Source of the DNA: the human T2T-CHM13v2.0 reference genome, Homo sapiens
Assembly: GCF_009914755.1 (NCBI RefSeq)
Contig: NC_060940.1
DNA: 64,000 nucleotides
Reading direction: 5' to 3' (one strand)
In this document: piece after piece, positions 54,601 to 64,000 of the stretch
Layout: every line of letters begins with the position of its first letter
Numbering within the stretch: position 1 is the first letter of the stretch
Translations under genes and position numbers: made by a program
The notes under the pieces: model-generated
What the model was told of the DNA's origin: nothing
The model's input: only the letters and a program-made list of their open reading frames with translations
Database searches by the model: none

Positions 54601-57600
54601 CATCATCGAAAGGATTCTGATAGAATCATCATCGAATGGAATCGAATGGAATTATCATCTAATGGAATCTATTGGAATCATTGAATGGAATTGAATGGAA
54701 TCATCATCGAATGAATTGAATGGAAACATCGAATGGTCTCGAATATAATATTCATCAAATGGAATCGAATGGAATCATCAAATAGAATCGAATGGAATAA
54801 TGATCGAATGGACTCGAATGTAATCAACATCAAATGGAATCGAATGGAATTATCAAATGGAATCAAATAGAATCATCGAACAGACTCGAATGGAATCATT
54901 GAATGGAATTGAATTGAATAATCTACGGACTCGAATGGAATCATCATCGAATTGAATCAAATGGAATCATCGAATGTACTCGAATGGAATCATCATCGAA
55001 AATAATAGAATGGAATCGTCATCGAATGGAATTGAATGGAATCATCATGAAATGGAATCAAATGGAATCATCGAATGGAGTTGAATGGAATCATCCTCGA
55101 ATGCAATCAAATGGAATCACCGAATGTATTAGAATGGAATCATCATTGAATGAAATCGAATGGAATCATTGAATTCAACCAAATGGAATCATTGAATGGA
55201 CTCAAATGGAATCATCATCGAATGGAATCTAATGGAATCATTGAAGGTACTTGAAAGGAATCATTGAATTGGCTCAAAAGGGAACATCATCAAGTGGAAT
55301 TGAATGGAATCATCAAATGGACTAGAAAGGAATCTTTGAATGTACTCCAATGGAATCATCATTGAATGGAATCTAATGGAATCATTGAATGGACTCGAAT
55401 GGAGTCCTCATCGAATGGAATCCAAGGGAATCACCGAATGGACTCAAATGGAATCATCGAATGGCCACGAATTGAATCATCATTAAATGGAATTGAATGG
55501 AATCATCTCACAGACTCGAATGTAATCATCAAATGGACACGAAAGGAATCATTACTGAGTGGATTCAAATGAAATCATTGAATGGACTTGAATTCAATCA
55601 TCAAATGGTCTCGAATGGAATCATCATCAAATGGAATCGAATGGAATCATCACATGGATTCGAATGGAATCATCATCGAATGGAATGGAATGAAAACATT
55701 GAATGGAATCGAATTGAATCATCATCAAATGGAATCGAAAGGAATAATCAAATGGAATTGAATGGAATCATTGAATGGACTCGAATGCAATCATCACAGA
55801 ATGGAATTGAATGGGGTCAAAGAGTGGACTCAAAGGGAATCTTTGAATGGACTCGAATGGAATCATCAAATGGAATCCAATGGGATCATCATCAAATGGA
55901 ATCGAATGGAATCAACAATGAATGGAATCAAATGGAATCAATGAATGAAATCCAGTGGAATCGTCATCAAATAGAAATGAATGGAATCATCGAATGGACT
56001 TGAATGGAATCATAATCGAATGGAATCTTATGGAATCATCAAATGGACTCACATGGATTCATCATCAAATGAAATCGAATGTAATCATAGAATAGAATCG
56101 AATGGAATCATCATTGAATGGAATAGAATAGAATCATCAAATGGAATCAAAAGGAATCATCAATGAATGGAATCGAATGGAATCATTTAATGGACTCGAA
56201 TGGAATCATCATCAAATAGAATTAGATGGAATCAACGAAGGGACTAGAATGGAATCATCAAATGGATTCGAATGGAATCATAATCAAATGGAATCAAAAG
56301 GAATCATGGAATGGAATCAAATGGAAACATTGCATGGAATCAAACGGAATCATCAAATGGAATAATCGAATGGAACCGAATGCAGTCATCCTCGAATGGA
56401 GTATTCAAATGGAACTGAATGCAGTTATCTTCTAATGGAATCGAATGGAATCATTGAACGGACTCGAACGGAAACATCATCGAATGGAATCGAATGGAAT
56501 CATTGACTGGAATCAAAGGCTATCATCGAATGGACACGAAAGGAATCATCATCGAATGGAATAGAATGGTATCATCGAATGGACTCGAATGGAATTACCA
56601 TTGAATGGAATTGAATGGAATCATCGAACGAACTCAAATGGAATCATCATTGAATGCAATCGTAAAGAATCATTGAATGGACTCGAATGCAATCATCGAA
56701 TGGACTCGAATGGAATTATCATGGAATGGAATCGAATGGAATCATCGAATGAACTCAAATGGAATCATCATCAAATGGAATCGAATGGAGTCATCGAATG
56801 GATTCGAATGGAATCATCATCAAATGGAATCATGTGGAATCGTCAAATGAACTCGAAATGAATCATAATCGAATGGCATCGAAAGGAACCATCATCGAAT
56901 GGAATCACATGGAATCATCATTGAATGAAATCATACGGAATCATCATAGACTGGAATCGAATGGAATCATCAGATGGACTCGAATGGAATCATCAAATGG
57001 ACTCAAAGGGAAGCACCGAATTGACTCAAACTGAATCATCATCAAATGGAATCGAATGGAATAATCAAAAGGACTCGAATCGAACCATCAAATGGACTCT
57101 AATGGAATCATTATAGAATGGAATTGAATAGAATCGTCAGATGGACTTGAATGGAATCATCATTGAATGGAACCGATTGGAATCATTGAATGCACTCAAA
57201 TGGAATCATCATCGAATAGAATTGAATGGCATTAGTGAATGGTCTCGAATGGAATCATCATCAAATAAAATCCATTGGAATCATTGGACGGAATCGAATG
57301 GAATTATCAAATGGAATTGAATGGAATCATCTTTGAATGGAATGGAATGGAATGAGCGAATGGAATCGAGTGCAATCATCATTGAATGGAATCAAATGGA
57401 ATCATTGAATAGCATCGAATTTAATCACCATTGAATGGACTCATATGGAATCATAATCGAATAGAATCAGAAGGAATCATTGAATGGACTCGAATGGAAA
57501 CATCATTGAATAGAATTGAATGGAATCATAGAATGGAATCTAATGGAATCATCCTCAAATGTAATTAAATGGAATCATTGAATGGAATCAAATGGAATCA

Positions 57601-60600
57601 TCATCAAGTGGAATCAAATAGAATCAGAGAATGAAATCGAATGGAATCACCTTCGAATGGAATTGAATGGAATCACAGAATGATATCGAATGTAATCATC
57701 ATCAAATGGAATCGAAAGGAATCATAGCGAATGGACTTGAAAAAAATCATTGAATGTACTCAAATACAAACATCGAATGGACTTGAATGGAATCTTCATG
57801 GTATGGGGTAGAATGGAATCATCGCATGGACCCAATTGGAATCATCATCGAATGGAATACAATGGAATCATCTAATTTACACGAATGGATTCATCATTGA
57901 ATGGAATAGAGTGGTAAGCATCATTGAATGGAATCAAATGGAATCATCTAATGGACCCGAATGGAATCATTGAATGGAATAGAATGGAATCATCATCGAA
58001 TGGAATATAATGGAATAATCTCGAATGGAATCAGATGGAATCATCTAATGGACCCGAATGGAATCATCATTGAATGGAATAGAATGGAATCATCATCGAA
58101 TGGAATATAATGGAATCATCATCAAATGGAATCCAAAGGAATCATCAAATGGATCTGAATGGAATCATCGTAGAATTCAATAGAATGGAATCATCATTTA
58201 ATGGAATGGAATGGAATCATGTAATGGACAGGAATATAATCATCATCGAATTGAAACATCTATTGTACCCGAATGGAATCATCATTGAATGCAATAGAAA
58301 TCAGCATCGAATGGAATCACATGGAATCACCAAACGGACTCGAATGGAATCATCATCAAATGGAATCAAATGTAATCATCAAATAGAATCATCATCGAAT
58401 GGAATCAAATGGAATCACTGAATGGACTCGAATGGAATCATCATCAAATGGAATAAAAGGGAATCATTGAATGCACCCAAATGGAATCAACATTGAATGG
58501 AATCAAATGGAATCCTCATCCAATGGAATCAAATGGAATCATTGAATGCACTCAAATGGAATGATCATAGAATGGAATCATATGGAATCAACTAACTGAC
58601 TCGAATGGAAGCACCATCAAATGGAATTGAATGGATTCATCGAATGGACACGAATTGAGTCATCATCAATTGGAATTGAATGGAATCATCAAATGGACTC
58701 GAGTGGAATCAGCATCAAATGAAATCAAATGGAATCATCGAATGGACACTAATGGAATCATCATCAAATGGAATCAAATGGAATCATCGTTTGGACACGA
58801 GTGGAATCATCAAATCGACTCTAATGGAATCATCATCGAGTGGAATCAAATGAAATTATCATCTGATGGAATCGAATGGAATCATCAATGAATGGAATCG
58901 AATGGAATCATCGAATGGAATGAGACGGAATCATCATCGAATGGAATCAAATAGAAGCATCGTATGAAATCCAAAGTAATAATCAATGAACGGACTCAAA
59001 TGGAAACATCAATGAATGGACTCGAATGGAATCATCATCGAATGCAATCTAATGGAATCATCATCGAATGGAATCAAATGGAAACATGATCGAATTGAAT
59101 CAAATGGAATCATGATGGAATTGAATTGAATGGCTCATAATTGAATGGAGTCAAATGGAATCATTGAATGGAATCAAATGGAATCATCTTCGAATGGCAT
59201 CAAATGGAATCATCGAATGGAATCGAATGGAATCATCATCGAAAGTAATCAAATGGAACCATTGAATGAAATCGAATGGATTCACCATCGAATGGAGTTG
59301 AATGGAATCATCATCGATTGGAATCTATTGGAATAATTAATTAAGAGAATCGAATGGAATCATCATCGAATGGTATCAAATGGAATCATCAATGAGTGGA
59401 ATCGAATGGATTCATCAAATGGAATCCCATGGAATCATCATCAAATGGAACCAAATGGAATCTTTGAATGGATTTGAATGGAATCATCATAGAATGGACT
59501 CTAATGGAATCATCATCGAATTGAATCGAAAGGTGTCATTGAGTGGACTCAAGTGGAATCATCAAATGGACTCGAATGGAAACATCATCGAATGGAGTCA
59601 AATGGAATCATCGAATGTCATTGAATAGCATCATCAATGAATGGAATCTAAGGGAATAATCGAATGGACTTGAATGGAATCATCAAATGGACTCGAGTGG
59701 AATCATCATCTTATGGAATCTCTGAATGGACTCAAATGGAATCTTCATCAAATGGAATTGAATGGAATCATCAAATGGACTCGAATGGAATCATTGGCAA
59801 ATGGAACCTAATGGAATCTTCAAATGGACTTGAATGGAATCATCATCAAATGGTATTGAACGGAATCTACGAATGGACTCGATTGAAATCTTCATAGAAT
59901 GCAGTCAAATGGAATCATCATCGAATGGATTCGAATGGAACCATCATTGAATGGAATTGAATGGAATCATCCAATGGAATAGAATTGTATCATCATCGGA
60001 TGGAATCAAATAGAATCATCGAATGAAATCGAACGAAATCATCATCGAGTGGAATTGATTGGAATAATCATAGTTTGGAATTGAAAGGAATCATCATCGA
60101 GTGGAATAAAAAGGAATCATCCAATGGAATCATCATCGAATGGAATCGAATAGAATCATCGAATGAAATCAAATGGAATAATAATCAAATAGAATCAAAT
60201 GGAATCATCATCGAATGGAATCGAATGGAATCAGCATCAAATGGAATCGAATGGAATCATCCAATGTGATAGAAGTGAATCACCATCGAATAGAATCATC
60301 GAATGAAATCAAATGGAATCATAATTGAATGGACTCAAATGGATTCATCGAATGGACTCGAATGGAATCATCGTCGAATGGAATACAAAGGAATCATCAA
60401 ATGGAATCAAATGGAATCATCATCAAATGAAATCAAATGGAATCATTGAATGGACTCGAATGGAATCATCATCAAGTGGAATCAAATAGAATCATTGAAT
60501 GTACTCGAATGGAATCATCATGGAATTGAATTGAAAGGAATCATCAAATGGACTTGAATGGAATCATTGAATGGACTCGAATGGAATCATCATCGAATGA

Positions 60601-63600
60601 AATCAAATGGAATCATTGAATGGACATGAATGGAATCATCATCAAATGGAATCAAATGGAATTATAGAATGGAATCGAATGGAATCATCATTGAATGGAA
60701 TCTAATGGAATCATCATCTAATGGAATTGAATGGAATCATCAACGAATGGAATCGAATGGAGAAATCGAATGGAATCTGCTGGAATCATCATTGAATGGA
60801 AACGAATGCCATCATCGAATGGAATCGAATGCAATCATCATCGAAAGGAATCAAAAGGAATCATAGAATGGAATCAAATGGAATCATCATCGAATGGACT
60901 CGAATGAAATTATCATAGAATGGAATTGAATGGAGTCATTGAATGGACTCGAATGGAATAAGTGAATGGACTCGAATGGAATAAGTGAATGGACTCGAAT
61001 GGAATAATCGAATGTACTACAATGGAATCATCGAATGGAATCGAAAGGAATGATTGAATGAACTCGAATGGAATCATCATCAAACGGAATCGGATGGAAT
61101 CATCAAATGGAATCGAATGGAATCATCAAATGGACTCGAATGGAGCTATCGAATGGTCTCGAATGGAATCATTAAAATGGACCTTAATGGAATCATCATT
61201 GAATGGAATCTAATGGAGTCATCAAATGGACTCGAATGGAATCATTGAATTGACTCAAATAAAAACATCAGATGGAATAGAATGGAATCATCTTTGAATG
61301 GAATCATATTGAATCCTCGAGTAGAATCAAATGCAATTATGAAATGGAATCGAATGGAATCATTGAATGGAATCAAAGGCAATCATCATCGAATGGAATC
61401 AAATGGAATCATCGAATGGAATTGAATGAAATCATCGTCAAGTAGAATTGAGTGTAATCATCGAATGGAATTGAATGGAATCATTGTCGAATGGAATGGA
61501 ATGGAATCAATGAATGTAATTGAATGGAATCACCAATGAATGGAATTGAATGGAATCATCATCGAATGGAATTCAATGGAATCATCATCGTATGGAATCG
61601 AGTGGAATCATCGAATGGACTCCTATGTAATCATTGGAGAATGGAATCAAATGGAATCATCAAATGGACTCGAATGGAATCATCATCAAATGGAATCAAA
61701 TGGAATCATTGAATGGACTCGAATGAAATCATCATCAAATGGAATCGAATGGAATCATTGAATGGAATCGAATGGAATCATCATCAAATGGAATTGAATG
61801 GAATCACGGAATGGACGCGAATGGAATCATAATCAAATGCAATCGAATGGAATCATCTAATGGACTCGAAAGGAATCATGATCGAATGAAATAGAATGGA
61901 ATCAATGAATGGACACGAATTGAATCATCATCGAATCAAATCTGATGGAATCACCGAATGGACTCGAATGGAATATCATCGAATGAAATCAAAAGTAATC
62001 ATCGAATGGACTCAAATGGAATTATCAAATGGATTCGAATGGAATCATCATCGAATGAAATAGGAAGGAATCATCGAATGGAATCATCATTGAAAGGAAT
62101 CGAATGGAATGTTCTAACAGACTCAAATGGAATCATTGTTGAATGGAATCGAAAGGAAACATCGAATAGACACGAATTGAATCATTATGGAATGGAATCA
62201 AATGGAGTCATCATCAAATGGAATCATATAGAATCCTCATCGAATGGAACTGAATGGAATCATCGAATGGAATAGAATATAATTATCTCTGAAAGGAAAC
62301 AAATGGAATCATCAAATGAAATCCAATGGAATCATTATCAAATGGAATCGAATGGAATCGTCATCAAATGGAATCGAGCAGAATCATCATCAAATGGAAT
62401 CGAACAGAATCATCATCAAATGGAATGGAATGGAATCATCGAATGGACTTGAACAGAATCATCATCGAATGGAATCAAATCTAAACTTCGAATGGACTCG
62501 AATGGAGTCATGATCGAATGGAATCGAATGTAATCTTCGAATGCACTCGAATGGAATAATCATTGAATGCAATCGAAGGGAATCAACATCGAATGGAATC
62601 GAATGGAATCCTCAAATGGAATAGAATTGAATCAACATCGAATGGAATCGAATGGAATCCTCGAATGGAACAGAATTGAATTAACATCGAATGGAATCGA
62701 ATAGAATCATCAAATGAAATCGAATGGAATCATCATGAAATGGAATCGAATGGAATCATCATCGAATGGAATCAAATCGAATCATCATCAAATGGAATCA
62801 AATGGAATCATCAAAAATGGAATCAAATGGAATCATCGTTGACAGGAATCGAATGGAATAATCAATGAATGGAATCAAATGGAATCATTGAATGGAATCC
62901 AATGTAATCATCATCGAATTGAACCCAATGGAATCATTACATGGAGTCAAATGGAATCACCAAATGGACTCAAATGGAATCATCATCAAGTGAAATCAAA
63001 TGGAATCATTGAATGGTCTCGAATGAAATCATCATCGAATGGAATCAAAAGGAATCATTGAATGGACTTGAATGGAATCACTGAATGGACTCAAAAGGAA
63101 TCATCATCGAATGGTATCAAATGGAATCATCGAATGGACACGAATGGAATCACCATCGAGTGGAATCAAATGGCATCATCAAATTGACTCTAATGGAATC
63201 ATCATCAAATGGAATCGAATGTAATAATCAAATGTACTCGAATGGAATCATCGAATGGACTGGAATGGAATTATCAACAAATGGAATCGAATGGAATTAT
63301 CGAATAGAATCAAATGTAATCATCAAATGAAATTGCATTAAATCATGGAATGGACAGGAATGGAGTCATCATCGAATGGAATCGAACGGAATCATCGAAC
63401 AGACTCGTATGGTATAATCATCGAATGGAATGGAGAGGAATCATCAAAGGAAATCAGTGGAATCATCATCGAATGATATCAAATGGAATAATTGAATGGG
63501 ATAAAATGGAATCATCATCGAATGGAATCAAATGGAATCTTCTAAAGGACACGAATGGAATACTCATTGAATGGAATTGAATGGAAACATCGAATGGACA

Positions 63601-64000
63601 CAAATGGAATCATCACCGAATGGAATTGAATGGAATCATTATGAAATCGAATCGAATAGAGTCGTCATTGAATGGAATCGAATGGAATCATCGCACGGAA
63701 GAGAATGGAATCATCATCGAATGGAATTGAATGGAATCATCATCGAATGGAATCAAATGGAATCATCATCGATTGGAAATGAATGGAATCGTAATCGAAT
63801 GGAATCGAATGAAATCATCAAATGGACATGAATGCAATCATCAACTGTGCTTCAATGGAATCATCATGGAATGGTATCGAATGGAATCATCGAATGGGCT
63901 CGAATGGAATCATCATCAAATGGAAACAGATGGAATCATAGAATGGACTTGAATGGAATCATCAAATGGACTCGAATGGAAACATCATCGAATGGAATCG

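Larger units (their letters stand above)
47245..64000 (+). repeat. Human satellite 2 (HSat2/HSATII), diverged, GAATG strand on +
   Basis: Degenerate GGAAT pentamers with ATC/ATCATC interruptions giving 23/26-bp units (tcatcatcgaatggaatcgaatggaa, aatggactcgaatgg). This is unlike the long pure (GGAAT)n runs of HSat3. Confidence 0.9.

Noticed and set aside
47507-63952. MESNGII/EWN-rich ORFs that look like a repeat-protein family
   Set aside because: They follow directly from GGAAT/ATC repeats, which give ATG-rich, stop-poor frames; there is no evidence of coding function.
47245-64000. HSat3 or a telomere-like/microsatellite array
   Set aside because: Frequent ATCATC interruptions and GGACTC units, without long pure GGAAT runs, fit HSat2; there are no TTAGGG arrays.

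Overview
Human-type (peri)centromeric heterochromatin with no conventional genes. Left to right: (1) 1-~9542, the degenerate edge of an SF1 (J1/J2 dimer) alpha-satellite array with a 5-dimer/10-monomer (~1.7 kb) higher-order repeat (HOR) and CENP-B boxes every ~340 bp. (2) An in-register switch to SF2-type (D1/D2 dimer) alpha satellite. This block flips orientation at ~16661, at a junction with a short templated insertion, and its inverted part contains a homogeneous 8/10/12-mer HOR patch (~21.1-31.6 kb). (3) A full-length L1HS with Ta-0 diagnostics (31966-~38010), nonsense-disrupted ORF1 and ORF2, an open ORF0 and no target-site duplication; it lies exactly at the second orientation flip. (4) More diverged SF2-like alpha satellite up to 47244. 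(5) A direct junction to diverged HSat2 that runs to the window end. The combination of a 1.7-kb SF1 10-mer, an SF2 array and HSat2 suggests the chromosome 16 centromere margin (inference, not checked by search). All short ORFs in the satellites are translation artefacts. I see no new gene system; the interesting signal is the rearrangement architecture.
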